A DNA stretch of 40,000 bases from an uncultured Rhodanobacteraceae bacterium (GTDB taxonomy: Bacteria; Pseudomonadota; Gammaproteobacteria; Xanthomonadales; Rhodanobacteraceae): positions 1-40,000 of the forward strand of contig CAYWZC010000003.1 of assembly GCA_964462745.1 (NCBI GenBank). Reading direction: 5' to 3'. Position numbers and translations under genes: made by a program. The notes under the pieces were generated by a model. The model did no database searches. It saw only the letters and a list, made by a program, of their open reading frames with translations, and had not been told where the DNA came from. This document shows positions 1-8,802 of the stretch, piece after piece (position 1 is the first letter of the stretch; every line of letters begins with the position of its first letter).

Positions 1-235
1 CGATGCCCTGGCGGCGCAGGCGCAGGATGTGCTGGCGCGCATCCGTGGCCGGCACGATGCCGTTCCAGTCGCCGTTTCGCCGCGCCTTCTGCCGCTCGTT
101 TTCGTAGCGGCTGTTGGCCTTGCGGCAATCGGTGCAGCGGCAGCCAGCCACGTAGCGCAAGCGCACGCCGTGCGGATGCTTGCGCGCGAGCTCGGCAGCG
201 GAAGGCAGGCCGCGCGACGCAAGGCCGGATGCCAT
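1..235 (-). CDS. Hypothetical early-operon protein, N-terminal part only (continues left of window)
   Basis: ATG at 235-233 overlaps the upstream stop (ATGA). My translation: MASGLASRGLPSAAELARKHPHGVRLRYVAGCRCTDCRKANSRYENERQKARRNGDWNGIVPATDARQHILRLRRQGI..., with a GCRCxxC cysteine motif. Absent from the ORF track because it runs off the window. Confidence 0.4.
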   Translation of the reverse strand, partial: MASGLASRGLPSAAELARKHPHGVRLRYVAGCRCTDCRKANSRYENERQKARRNGDWNGIVPATDARQHILRLRRQGI

Positions 236-510
236 CACGCCACTCCCGGATACGTGAACTCGGCTGACCCCTCCTCGAGGATGCGCACGGCCATCGCGGC
301 GACCTGGATCGCCTCGGTTTCCACATCGTCGCGCGTGGCCTTGCCGCGATCGTGGTCGATCAGCGCCTGCGCCAGCTCGCCGACCTCCTCCATGAGCGCC
401 GCGGTCATCTGGCGATTGCCGGGGAACAACACGCGAGTCCGCGCGACCTCCGCGCGCACGGCTTGCATCGTGAGGTCGTTGGGGAACGTTGCGGGCTTGG
501 GCGCCATCAC
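235..510 (-). CDS. MazG-like NTP pyrophosphohydrolase-domain protein (91 aa)
   Basis: LMEEVGELAQAL helix resembles the EExGE motif of MazG/NTP-PPase folds. Start and stop overlap the neighbouring minus-strand ORFs. Confidence 0.5.
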   Translation of the reverse strand: MMAPKPATFPNDLTMQAVRAEVARTRVLFPGNRQMTAALMEEVGELAQALIDHDRGKATRDDVETEAIQVAAMAVRILEEGSAEFTYPGVA

Positions 511-698
511 TCTTCCTCCTCCTCGCCCGGCACACGCGTCGAGGCCGACCGTTTCTTCTTCAGCGCGTTGAGGACATCGAGAGCAACGCCCAAAGCTGGC
601 GTGCCCGGCGTGTCCTTACGCAGCGGTGGATCGAAATCGAAGTTGGTGTGAACCTTGTCCACGCCACGGTCCTCGATCGTGATCGTTACCTTGGCCAT
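507..698 (-). CDS. Hypothetical small protein (63 aa)
   Basis: Tightly packed in the minus-strand operon with a non-degenerate composition. No recognisable motif. Confidence 0.4.
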   Translation of the reverse strand: MAKVTITIEDRGVDKVHTNFDFDPPLRKDTPGTPALGVALDVLNALKKKRSASTRVPGEEEEE

Positions 699-1222
699 CA
701 GGTCATCTCCTCCAGTTCCTGGTCGTTGATCAGCGCGTCGATGAGTTTGTCGAGGTCGCCGCTGGCGGCCTTGATCACGACGGCGTCGACGTCGTCGGCG
801 ACGGCGATGCCGCAGCGCTGGAGATCCTTCGCGGGCAGGTTGGCGAGTGCGCTGCGCACCGGCGATTCGGTGACCTTGATGTACGCGTCGGCCTCGTCGC
901 CGAGCAGCTTGCGCAGGGCCTTCACGGTGGCCGCGGTATCGGCGATTTCCAGCTTGCCGCGCTGTTTGATCCAGCCGACGCGGATGCCGTGCAGCACGCG
1001 GGTCTTGGGCTTGTCGAACAGTTGCGGGCTCGCCTCGACCGCCGCGTGCAGCTCGTCGTAGCTGGCCTGCACGCGCTGCAGCGCGTTCTTGATGCCCTGC
1101 AGGCGGCGACGCTTGGCGGCGGCCTGTTCCTCGCGCAGGGCGTCGAGGCGGCTCGCGAGTTCATCTCGCGCGCCCGCGAAGGTCTTGGTGAGGTTCTCGA
1201 TGTCGGTCATTGAGCGGTCCAT
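698..1222 (-). CDS. gam: Mu Gam-like host-nuclease inhibitor family protein (174 aa)
   Basis: Same length as Mu Gam as I recall it. N-terminal coiled coil followed by KTRVLHGIRVGWIKQRGKLEI, which resembles Mu Gam KTANLVTGDVSWRVRPPSVSI. Sits in the semi-essential early region downstream of the B-like gene. Confidence 0.55.
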   Translation of the reverse strand: MDRSMTDIENLTKTFAGARDELASRLDALREEQAAAKRRRLQGIKNALQRVQASYDELHAAVEASPQLFDKPKTRVLHGIRVGWIKQRGKLEIADTAATVKALRKLLGDEADAYIKVTESPVRSALANLPAKDLQRCGIAVADDVDAVVIKAASGDLDKLIDALINDQELEEMT

Positions 1223-1268
1223 GAAAGGGTTCCTTGCGTGACGGGATGGCCTGCGGGGGCGGCGGGCA

Positions 1269-1619
1269 TCACGTCGGCAGGTGCAACTGGCCGCGCAGGT
1301 CCGGTACGGACACGCGCTTCATCGCGGCCACCTGCACCAGCGAGCACATCGCGCGGTCGTGCAGGAAGGCGCAGGTCTGGTCGAGCTCGTCGATCGTCGC
1401 GGCGAGGTAGTAGCCGTGGCCGGGGTGCGCGCACACGTGGTGCCCCGCGGTGCGCAACTCGACGACCAGGTCGCGCAGGTGGCGCTCGTCGCCCGCGGTC
1501 GGCTCGCGATGCAGGATCTCGCGGCACAGCGCGGTTGCGGTGATGCCGTTGCGCTGGCCGATGTGGTTGCGCAGCGCGGCGAGCAGGTTGTCGCGGTCGA
1601 TGACGATCTCGGTGGTCAT
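1269..1619 (-). CDS. Hypothetical protein, possible winged-helix domain (116 aa)
   Basis: ORF in the minus-strand operon with a 4-nt overlap with the upstream ORF. The GITATALCREIL segment looks HTH-like. Confidence 0.45.
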   Translation of the reverse strand: MTTEIVIDRDNLLAALRNHIGQRNGITATALCREILHREPTAGDERHLRDLVVELRTAGHHVCAHPGHGYYLAATIDELDQTCAFLHDRAMCSLVQVAAMKRVSVPDLRGQLHLPT

Positions 1620-2191
1620 TGATCGAGTACCTTCGGGTCGATGTTGGCCGCGGCGAGCAGCTCGGCCGCGGCGTCGGGCGTCAGCAGGCCGAGTTCCACG
1701 TCGCCGCGTACGCGCGAGACCAGCGCGAGCCGCTCGTGCCGATCCGTGACTTGCGCGCGCGATGCGCCGCTACGGCGCGCGGCTTCGCGCTCGCGCTCGG
1801 CCTTCGCGCCGGCCGCTTCGGCCAGGCCGAACGCGATCTCCAGCAGGTAGCCGTGCGACTTCAGCGGCAGGTTGAGCTTGCCGGCGTCGCGGTGCTCGAC
1901 CATTCGATCGAGCGCGGCCTGCCACAGCCCGAGCGGGCACGCGCGCGAAAGACCGTTGCGCGTGACGGTTTCCGCGGCCAGCATCGGCTGCAGCTCGCCG
2001 AGCAGGCGCTCGACGCGGTCGAACGAGAGATCCCGCCCGGCCGCGCAGAACAGGCCGAGGTATTGCGCCAACCCGCGCGCGATCGGCGCCGGCATGTCCA
2101 GCGCGGCGCGGATCGCGCGGCGCCCGGCATCGACGCCGAGCGCCACGTCCAGCGTGTAGCGCGCGTTGCAGCTGGGGCACTTCAGCAGCAT
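1616..2191 (-). CDS. Hypothetical protein with N-terminal zinc-ribbon-like CxxC (191 aa)
   Basis: Starts MLLKCPSCNARYTLD. Position and frame are consistent with the operon. Confidence 0.45.
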   Translation of the reverse strand: MLLKCPSCNARYTLDVALGVDAGRRAIRAALDMPAPIARGLAQYLGLFCAAGRDLSFDRVERLLGELQPMLAAETVTRNGLSRACPLGLWQAALDRMVEHRDAGKLNLPLKSHGYLLEIAFGLAEAAGAKAEREREAARRSGASRAQVTDRHERLALVSRVRGDVELGLLTPDAAAELLAAANIDPKVLDQ

Positions 2192-2472
2192 CAGTGCACG
2201 CGATCCTTCGGCACCATCTTCATGCCGCTCGCGTCAACGATCGAATGGATCAGCGACCAGTCGACCAGCAACTGCGTCGGCGCCGCGCGCCCGCTGCCGG
2301 TCGCCTGCTCGATCGTCGTCAGCACGGGCGGCTGCTTCGTGCCGTAGATCAGCCGGTACGCCCACGGCCAGATCTCGTGCAAGCCGTAGCTGCCGACGAA
2401 GTAGCCGAGCATCGCCATGCAGCCACAGCCGAACACGAAGGCGATGAGGATCAAGCCGCCGACCAGCGTCAT
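2191..2472 (-). CDS. Small membrane protein (93 aa)
   Basis: Internal start MTLVGGLILIAFVFGCGCMAMLGYFVG (TM helix) makes an ATGA overlap with the stop of ORF 2469-2774. The longer 136-aa version of the tracked ORF would overlap that gene. Confidence 0.45.
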   Translation of the reverse strand: MTLVGGLILIAFVFGCGCMAMLGYFVGSYGLHEIWPWAYRLIYGTKQPPVLTTIEQATGSGRAAPTQLLVDWSLIHSIVDASGMKMVPKDRVH

Positions 2473-2774
2473 GACGGCATCCTCGCGACAGGCTTGGTGC
2501 GCGCGCGCCAGCGCTTGTAGAACTTGTTGCGCAGGCGCCGCATGCCGTGGTGCATCGGGTCGATCAGGCGATCGCCGTGCACCACCGCATCCGGCGGGCA
2601 CGTGGTGCGGCGCTGCGCGGCTGCGAGCAGTTCCATGCGCGCGATGTGGCGCTCGCGCCGCACCGGCGCCATCGCCATGAAGCGGCGGAACGACATCACG
2701 TCCGCGAGGCCGGCCGCGACGAAGCGGTCGCCCCAGTGGTCCAGGTGTTCGTCGGTGTGCAGTGGCCTAGTCAT
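2469..2774 (-). CDS. Hypothetical protein (101 aa)
   Basis: Packed ORF in the minus-strand early operon. Confidence 0.4.
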   Translation of the reverse strand: MTRPLHTDEHLDHWGDRFVAAGLADVMSFRRFMAMAPVRRERHIARMELLAAAQRRTTCPPDAVVHGDRLIDPMHHGMRRLRNKFYKRWRARTKPVARMPS

Positions 2775-3012
2775 CCTCCACCTCCTTTTGCAGCGCGCCG
2801 ATCAGGTTGCTGGCCTGGATGCGCGTGAGGCCGCACAACACGGCGTCCACGTCGCTGCCCTGCTCCGGGACCGCGATCTTCGCGGCGTCGAAGTAGCGCT
2901 CGTGCATCGCCGTGATGCGGCCGGTGTCGAGATCCAGGCTGTTCATCAGCACGCGCGCGTACAGGCGCTGGTGCGGCGTGCTCGGGGTGCGTGGGGTCAC
3001 GTCCTGGTACAT
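2767..3012 (-). CDS. Hypothetical protein (81 aa)
   Basis: Packed ORF immediately downstream of the B-like gene. Confidence 0.4.
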   Translation of the reverse strand: MYQDVTPRTPSTPHQRLYARVLMNSLDLDTGRITAMHERYFDAAKIAVPEQGSDVDAVLCGLTRIQASNLIGALQKEVEDD

Positions 3013-3014
3013 GG

Positions 3015-4253
3015 TCAGATCCTCATGATCTGTTCCGCGCTGACGCGCGGCAGGCCGTTCTCGGTCGCCTCGTTCATTGCGCGGATGCAGACGTTGTGGA
3101 CGACGAGCGGGTACAAGTGCGACTCGACCTCGTTCGTGCCCTGCCGGCGCCGTGTCAGGCGCGCGCGGATCGCGTCGAACGCGTCCGGCTCGAAGATGTC
3201 GTCGAGCGACAACCCGACGCGCTTGAACTTCAGCGCGAGGTACTCCTCGAGGTTGCCGTTCAGGCTCTTGAGCTTGGCGACCTCGCAGCGGCGGATCACT
3301 TCGCGCGCGTCATAGTTGCGGCGCTCGTCCAGACGCTCGCCGAGTTCCGGCTGGCCAACCAGGATGATGCCGAGCAGCTTCTTGAAGCCGTCCTCCATCT
3401 CCCAGAAGCGCTTGAGGTATTTCAGCGTCGAGACGTTGAGGTCGTGGGCCTCCTCGATGACCAGCGCGTGCGCGTTGCCGCCTCGAGCGCTCGCGGCGAG
3501 GATGCGCTGGATCTGGCGCGCCTTCGCTTCGAGCGAGAGCTTGGGCGCCTCGGTCGACAGGTCCGCGATGATCGCGTCGCAGATGTGCGCGGCGGTCAGT
3601 GCGCCCTTGTCGATCGTCTGCGGCTGGATCACGACGATCGATTCGTTGTCGCGGCGAATGCGGTCCAGCAGGTCGCGGCGCAGCGTGGATTTTCCGCTGC
3701 CGCTCTCGCCGACCACGGCGAGGAAGCCGCTATGCTTGGCGGCGTAATACATGCTCTCGCGGATGTAGCGCTGGTCGCGCGAGAGGTAGACATCCTGCGG
3801 GCCTTGCACGTCGTCCTGGAACGGATGGCGTGCAAGGTGGAAGTGTTCGCGGGCGGCAGCTGATAGCATCTCGGTCTCCGGTATGTCGAAAGGGGCTTCG
3901 GCGGGGCTTGCATTGGCGTGCTCCCCGTCGTTGCCGGATGTGCTGGAATCGGCCTGGGCGTCGAAATCGACCTCGATGTCCCAGGCCGTTTTCGCTTCCT
4001 CGTCGGGCACGCCGTGCTCGGCGAGCAGCTGGGCCACGGCCTGCTCGATGTCCGCGCGCGGGATCGTGACCGGCCAGGCGCGGCGGGTCAGCAGCGTGGA
4101 AAGCGTGGTCGCCGCCATCGGCCGGCCGCGGCGCACGCCCTGGTTGAAGCGCAGGCGCTCGCAGAGCGCCGACTGGCGGATGCCGTGCCGGTACAGGATG
4201 TCGCGCAGTCGGTACGGCCGCTGGCTGTCTGCGCTGGTGAGTGGGCGGCCCAT
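3015..4253 (-). CDS. MuB-like AAA+ transposition/target-DNA activator ATPase (412 aa)
   Basis: Walker A VVGESGSGKST, Walker B HALVIEEAH, and an N-terminal HTH-like segment. Lies downstream of the DDE transposase. Start chosen at MGRPLTSADS (cat at 4251-4253), 1 nt after the stop of ORF 4255-4572. Confidence 0.8.
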   Translation of the reverse strand: MGRPLTSADSQRPYRLRDILYRHGIRQSALCERLRFNQGVRRGRPMAATTLSTLLTRRAWPVTIPRADIEQAVAQLLAEHGVPDEEAKTAWDIEVDFDAQADSSTSGNDGEHANASPAEAPFDIPETEMLSAAAREHFHLARHPFQDDVQGPQDVYLSRDQRYIRESMYYAAKHSGFLAVVGESGSGKSTLRRDLLDRIRRDNESIVVIQPQTIDKGALTAAHICDAIIADLSTEAPKLSLEAKARQIQRILAASARGGNAHALVIEEAHDLNVSTLKYLKRFWEMEDGFKKLLGIILVGQPELGERLDERRNYDAREVIRRCEVAKLKSLNGNLEEYLALKFKRVGLSLDDIFEPDAFDAIRARLTRRRQGTNEVESHLYPLVVHNVCIRAMNEATENGLPRVSAEQIMRI

Positions 4254-4254
4254 G

Positions 4255-4572
4255 TCAGTGGCCCAGGAACAGCATGGCGCGGAAATCGACGCGCTCGACA
4301 CGCGCGGTGCGGGGCAGCGGCACCAGCTCGCCGGGCTTGATCGTGTCGTGGCCACGCACGCACACGCTCCAGATCCGCGAGTTGTCCGCGACGATCACGC
4401 CGTGGCGCGTCAACGGCGCGAGCAGCATCTCCGGGGGCGCATCGATTCCATCCAGACCGTCGAGGCCATCGAGCACGCGGCAGACATCACCGGCGCGCAG
4501 CTGGAACGCCTGCAGCGTTGCGGGCAACAGGGTGGTGCGGGTGGGCAACACGTTGGGGGCAACGGTGTTCAT
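4255..4572 (-). CDS. Hypothetical protein (105 aa) between the transposase and B-like genes
   Basis: Tracked ORF tightly abutting the B-like start. No recognisable motif. Confidence 0.4.
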   Translation of the reverse strand: MNTVAPNVLPTRTTLLPATLQAFQLRAGDVCRVLDGLDGLDGIDAPPEMLLAPLTRHGVIVADNSRIWSVCVRGHDTIKPGELVPLPRTARVERVDFRAMLFLGH

Positions 4573-4599
4573 TGCGATCTCCTTTCGGGGCGGGGTGAA

Positions 4600-5253
4600 T
4601 CAGAGGCGGGAGCACGTGGTGTCGTGCGCGTGCGCGACGCGCCTGGTGTTCCACTCGATGTCCTTGAGAATCCGCTGCGCGTTTTCACTGGCGCGCTCGA
4701 CCAGCGCGCCGGCCTTCTTGATCAGCTCGTCGAACTCCTTATCGATGGTCTGGTCTTGATCGACCGCCGCGGCCCTTTCCTCGCGCGCCTCGCGGGCGAG
4801 CACTTCATCCAGCGCGGCGGCTTCCGCGGGGTCGGTGCCGAACGTCGCCTCGGCGTGATCGTGTCCCTGTTCCCCGGAGTGCTCGTATCTCTGCTCGCCG
4901 GCGCGATACACCACGCGACCGGTGGGAACCTTGCCCAGCTCCAGCGCATCCAGCTTCACGTCGATCGAATCGCGCGGAACGCGCTCGCGGAACGCGAACG
5001 GCTCGACCTGCTCCAGGAGCGTGATCGGCGTGTCGGGGTGCAGGTCCCGAAACAGGGCACCAGGCGGAAAGTAGCCCTCGCTGCCCTCGGATACACGGCA
5101 ACCGATGACGATCGTCTGCAACTCGACCTCGTTCGTGCCATAGGTGCGAATGCAGGCGCACTCCGCGAGTCCAATTGTGTGGACCAGGAACATGTCGCCT
5201 GGCTTCGCTTCGCGCAGGATGTTCGGTTCGCGGGCGATGATGGTGCATTTCAT
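4600..5253 (-). CDS. Hypothetical protein (217 aa) between the transposase and B-like genes
   Basis: Tracked ORF starting 5 nt after the transposase stop. Globular N-terminal half and acidic/coiled C-terminal half. Confidence 0.5.
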   Translation of the reverse strand: MKCTIIAREPNILREAKPGDMFLVHTIGLAECACIRTYGTNEVELQTIVIGCRVSEGSEGYFPPGALFRDLHPDTPITLLEQVEPFAFRERVPRDSIDVKLDALELGKVPTGRVVYRAGEQRYEHSGEQGHDHAEATFGTDPAEAAALDEVLAREAREERAAAVDQDQTIDKEFDELIKKAGALVERASENAQRILKDIEWNTRRVAHAHDTTCSRL

Positions 5254-5257
5254 GGGG

Positions 5258-7039
5258 CTACCTCACGGCATAGAGCCGCGGCGCGTCGACCGCGGCGGGG
5301 GCTTCGGGGAGTGGCGGCAACTCGCCGCGCACCAGTTGCTCGACCAACGCCGGGAACGCGTCGGCCGGAATCGATTCGGGGTGCAGCGCGAGCACGCGCT
5401 CGCGCTCGGCCGGCGAGAGACCGGCACCGCGCCGCGCGCGCAGCTCGTAGGCGAGATCGAGGAGCGTCAGCGGACGCTCGTCCACATGCATGGGATTGGG
5501 CAGGTGGATCTCGGTGCCGCGGCGTTGCATGAACGCGGGCGTTGCCTCGGCCGCGGCGGCAACGTCCGCGAAGGGATCGATGCGACCGCCGAACGCGACG
5601 GCACCCTTGGCCTTCGCGGCGTTGGCGTCGAGCGTCTCTCGCTCGCCGTAGGCGAGTTCGTTCGCCGCCTTGCGGGCCTGGTCGACATCGGTATCGCGGG
5701 GCGCCGCGTAGCGCTCGCCGTAGACCGGCGCCTCGACGAAGAATCCGCCATCGTCGAGAGCGATCGGCTCGCATTCGTGGTAGCGGACGCTGCCGTCCTC
5801 GGCTTTGCCGAGGACAAACACCGCGGGCGCGCGATAGGGATTGACCACGACGCTGACCTTTTCGCCCGCGCGCACGTCCGGCACGTCGGCCACGGAATAG
5901 GTGGCGCTCTCGTAGCCACGCGGCGTGAAGCTGATCGTGAGATTGCCGGCGACCACGCGCGGCTGGGGCTTGGAGTGCATCAGCACCGCGCAGTCCTCGG
6001 CCGGTGGGCAAAGGCGCAACTGGTCCGGCCGGATCGTTTGCCACACCGCGTCGCGCGTATGCTTGTGGCGGCGATGGATCGCGCGGCCGTTGAAGGCGAG
6101 CAGCCACTGGTCGAGGTGGGCGTTGAGCTGCTCGATGCTATCGATGCGCGTGAAGCACAAGCGACCCTCGAACTTGCGCTCGATGATGTTGTGCATGCCC
6201 TCGACCTGACCCTTCGCTCGCGGGTTGCCCGGCACGTGGACCCAGTGCCGCACGCCGAGCGCGGTCAACAGGTTCTGGATGCCGTGGCTCATGTTCGCGG
6301 AGCCCGCGTCCCATACGAGCATCCAGGGCACGCCGTGCATGACGCGCCCGGGTTGGGGACGCATCGCCCACATCAGGAAGTCGAACAGCGATTCCTGGTC
6401 CTCGCCGGCCGCGTGGTAATAGCGGGCGATGACGTCGCCGCTGAAGTGATCGGTGAGCGCGTACCGGAGCACACGCTTGTTGACGATACGGGCGAGGTCG
6501 CGCGGCTTGCGCGCGTTGAACAACCGCTCGTCCATGACGGCGGCCTTGCCGTTCTTCAGGTAGTACAGCACGCAGATCGAGGCATCGAGCTGCCACACGT
6601 GATTCGGGTGCAGGCTGCGCATCGAGCTGTGCGGCGTCGCGCGTGCGAGCTGCGCCGGGTGGCAGCCTTCGCGGCGCATGATGCGCAGCATTGTGTCCGG
6701 GCTGACCCGCGTCTTGAGCTCGCCGTTGGCCAGCGCGATTTCGATCGCATCCGACAGCGGGAGGCGTTGCTTGCCGGTGGTACTCTGGCTGGAACGCATC
6801 AACGCCGCGACCGCCTCGACCTCGGCGCGCGACACGCGCGAATCGCCGCGGTCGGCGCGCAGCTTGCGACCGCTGGACCAGCCGACCTTGCGCAGGCGCT
6901 GGTACAAGGTGCTGCGCGTGACGCCGAGCATCCGCATGCCACGCTGGACGATGGGTTCGCACGTGCCGTGCGCCGCGCCGCGCAGCTCGTCAGCGAGGCC
7001 CTGCAATAGCTCCATCTCGGCGAGCTCCCCCTGGTGCAC
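5258..7039 (-). CDS. Mu A-like DDE transposase (593 aa)
   Basis: N-terminal HTH (GVTRSTLYQRLRKVG). rve-type core with candidate catalytic residues in VWQLDAS, LVWDAGSAN and KGQVEGMH. Confidence 0.9.
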   Translation of the reverse strand: MHQGELAEMELLQGLADELRGAAHGTCEPIVQRGMRMLGVTRSTLYQRLRKVGWSSGRKLRADRGDSRVSRAEVEAVAALMRSSQSTTGKQRLPLSDAIEIALANGELKTRVSPDTMLRIMRREGCHPAQLARATPHSSMRSLHPNHVWQLDASICVLYYLKNGKAAVMDERLFNARKPRDLARIVNKRVLRYALTDHFSGDVIARYYHAAGEDQESLFDFLMWAMRPQPGRVMHGVPWMLVWDAGSANMSHGIQNLLTALGVRHWVHVPGNPRAKGQVEGMHNIIERKFEGRLCFTRIDSIEQLNAHLDQWLLAFNGRAIHRRHKHTRDAVWQTIRPDQLRLCPPAEDCAVLMHSKPQPRVVAGNLTISFTPRGYESATYSVADVPDVRAGEKVSVVVNPYRAPAVFVLGKAEDGSVRYHECEPIALDDGGFFVEAPVYGERYAAPRDTDVDQARKAANELAYGERETLDANAAKAKGAVAFGGRIDPFADVAAAAEATPAFMQRRGTEIHLPNPMHVDERPLTLLDLAYELRARRGAGLSPAERERVLALHPESIPADAFPALVEQLVRGELPPLPEAPAAVDAPRLYAVR

Positions 7040-7042
7040 GCG

Positions 7043-7879
7043 TCATTCCCCGACGACGGCCAGGAGATCGTTCAGCGCGGTGGTCGCGAACTCGATCTGC
7101 CTCTCGATGACCTGCTGGATGCCCTCCTCGATCTGCTCACCGGCCTCGTCGTGGACGTGCTCGATTTCCCCGGCGATGTCCACCATCGCGCGCGCGGCGC
7201 GTTCGACCTCGATCGCGGCTGCGCAGAGCTGCTGGACCAGATCCTCGGCCTTCACCTGGGCGGAACCCTTGGCCAGCCGGTTGCGCTCGCGCTCCAGCTT
7301 CCTGATTCGATCATCCCTTTTCGCGACGAGCTCGTCGGTCCCGGCCTTTTCTTCGATGGCGTCGGCGCGGGCCTTGCGCAAACGCTCTTTCAGCTCGCGC
7401 ACGGACATCCGGTCGATGTCATCCAGCGTCAGGCCGGCGATGGTTTCGCCGGATTCGAGGCCGGCGAGCGTGTCGTCGTCCTCGGTGACCAGCTCCAGCA
7501 TCTTGGTCACGCCGAGGTCCGCGATGCGCGGCCGGTCGCGCATCTTGATCGCGGCCTGCATCGCACGTTGCGCGAAGCGCGGCACGATGCCGATGCGCTC
7601 CAGCGCGTGCAGGAAATCCGCGTGCGGCTCACGCTCGCGGAGTTGCAGCAGGATCAGGCCGAGCTCGACCATGCGGGCGCCGGTCTCGATGACGAGGTCG
7701 CGGGCACGCGCGATATAGCGCTCCTGGTCGTAGGGCATGCCGGCGTCGTACTCCTCGACGACGAGCGCGACGCGCTGGGCATGCAGCGTCATCGCGTGGC
7801 CGGCCTCGTCCAGCGCTGCGGCGTCGGCATGGTCGATGAGGTTGGTATCGGCGTGGATCTGCTTGCGTGGACGTGCCAT
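7043..7879 (-). CDS. DUF3102-like protein (278 aa)
   Basis: Position directly upstream of the transposase. Helical N-terminal domain plus a long coiled coil, an architecture common upstream of the transposase in Mu-like prophages. Family call is from memory. Confidence 0.5.
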   Translation of the reverse strand: MARPRKQIHADTNLIDHADAAALDEAGHAMTLHAQRVALVVEEYDAGMPYDQERYIARARDLVIETGARMVELGLILLQLREREPHADFLHALERIGIVPRFAQRAMQAAIKMRDRPRIADLGVTKMLELVTEDDDTLAGLESGETIAGLTLDDIDRMSVRELKERLRKARADAIEEKAGTDELVAKRDDRIRKLERERNRLAKGSAQVKAEDLVQQLCAAAIEVERAARAMVDIAGEIEHVHDEAGEQIEEGIQQVIERQIEFATTALNDLLAVVGE

Positions 7880-7900
7880 AGCTGTGGGTTCCTTGGTGGG

Positions 7901-8221
7901 TTAACGGTCGCGGCTGTAGCGGTTACGGATCTCGTCGAGTCGATCCTGCGAGCGCGCGAACGCGGTGGCGGCGGCGAGCGACACCTGCACCACGCGCGGC
8001 GTCAGCCGCCATCGGTTATCCCCGAGCGGCTCGGCCATGCCCGCTTCCTTCAGGTTTGCGAGGTCGCGGGTCACGTTCGACGCGCTGGTGCGCAGCGCGG
8101 CGGACAGCTCGGACGGTGAGATACCTTCCACTTCGTGGCCGGCGAGGCGCATCAGCATCTGCAGGATTCGCTGCTGGGCCGCGTTGATGTACGTCCGCTC
8201 TTTCTCTTCCTTCTCTCTCAT
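7901..8221 (-). CDS. Winged-helix (IclR/MarR-type HTH) DNA-binding protein (106 aa)
   Basis: Only the C-terminal part of tracked ORF 7901-8980 is protein-like: MREKEEKERTYINAAQQRILQMLMRLAGHEVEGISPSELSAALRTSASNVTRDLANLKEAGM. ATG at 8221 makes an ATGA overlap with the upstream stop. Confidence 0.6.
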   Translation of the reverse strand: MREKEEKERTYINAAQQRILQMLMRLAGHEVEGISPSELSAALRTSASNVTRDLANLKEAGMAEPLGDNRWRLTPRVVQVSLAAATAFARSQDRLDEIRNRYSRDR

Positions 8222-8682
8222 GCGAGGTCGAGCTCCGGTTGCGCGTGCCGCTCGACCTGCGCGCGCTCGTGCGCGAGCCGGGTCAGTGCGGCGGTAAGGT
8301 GATCGATGGTGTCGGCGGCGTCGGCCTTGCCCTCGGCGTACGCGAGCAGCGCGCCGATCGCGTCCGTGCAGGACTGCTGCAGGGCATGCACGTCGCTGCC
8401 TTCCGGAAGCCGGCCGGTGGGTATGTCCACGACGAGCTTGCGCGCGCTGCTCGCGAGGTACTCGGTGATGTAGCAGCGCCCGCAGGCGTGTTCGAAGCCC
8501 GCGATCTTGCGCGCGGGGATGCCCCCGGTCTGGATCCACTTGTAGATGGTCCACCGGCTCTCGCCGACCAGGTCGGCGATGCGTTCGACCGAAAGGCGCT
8601 TGGTCTGCGCGTATTGCACGCAGCCCTCGACCGCCTCCTGCAGGCTGCCGGGACGCCACACCTTCCAGTTCCGGCGGTTCAT
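8218..8682 (-). CDS. HTH regulatory protein, phage CII/CP76-like architecture (154 aa)
   Basis: C-terminal part of tracked ORF 8218-9120 starting MNRRNWKVW (cat at 8680-8682). HTH LSVERIADLVGESRWTIYKWIQTGGIP. First gene of the leftward early block. Confidence 0.5.
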   Translation of the reverse strand: MNRRNWKVWRPGSLQEAVEGCVQYAQTKRLSVERIADLVGESRWTIYKWIQTGGIPARKIAGFEHACGRCYITEYLASSARKLVVDIPTGRLPEGSDVHALQQSCTDAIGALLAYAEGKADAADTIDHLTAALTRLAHERAQVERHAQPELDLA

Positions 8683-8732
8683 TGGAAGCCCTGCACGGCG
8701 GCTGGCGCAGCCATATTCCAAACACCGCCGCG

Positions 8733-8760
8733 GTTTGCCCTTGCGCAAACGTGTTGCGCG
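8733..8760. promoter_or_regulatory. Candidate operator/dyad in the divergent intergenic region 8683-8802
   Basis: Sequence GTTTGCCCTTGCGCAAACGTGTTGCGCG contains the palindrome TTGCGCAA, a flanking GTTTGC/GCAAAC dyad and a repeated TTGCGC. Confidence 0.3.
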
Positions 8761-8802
8761 TGGCGAAATGGACGGCGATCGAAACTGAAGGGATGCGCCC
8801 CG

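Noticed and set aside
29-571. Plus-strand ORFs 29-571 (180 aa) and 352-651 at the left edge.
   Set aside because: They are Ala/Arg/Ser-rich shadow frames opposite the coupled minus-strand genes, which include the MazG-like ORF and the partial CxC-motif ORF.
3883-7009. Long plus-strand ORFs 3883-5532 (549 aa) and 5144-7009 (621 aa), opposite the B-like ATPase, the intervening ORFs and the transposase.
   Set aside because: They have Arg/Ala/Gly/Pro-rich low-complexity translations with no motifs. The minus strand carries clear DDE and Walker motifs. These are typical high-GC shadow ORFs.
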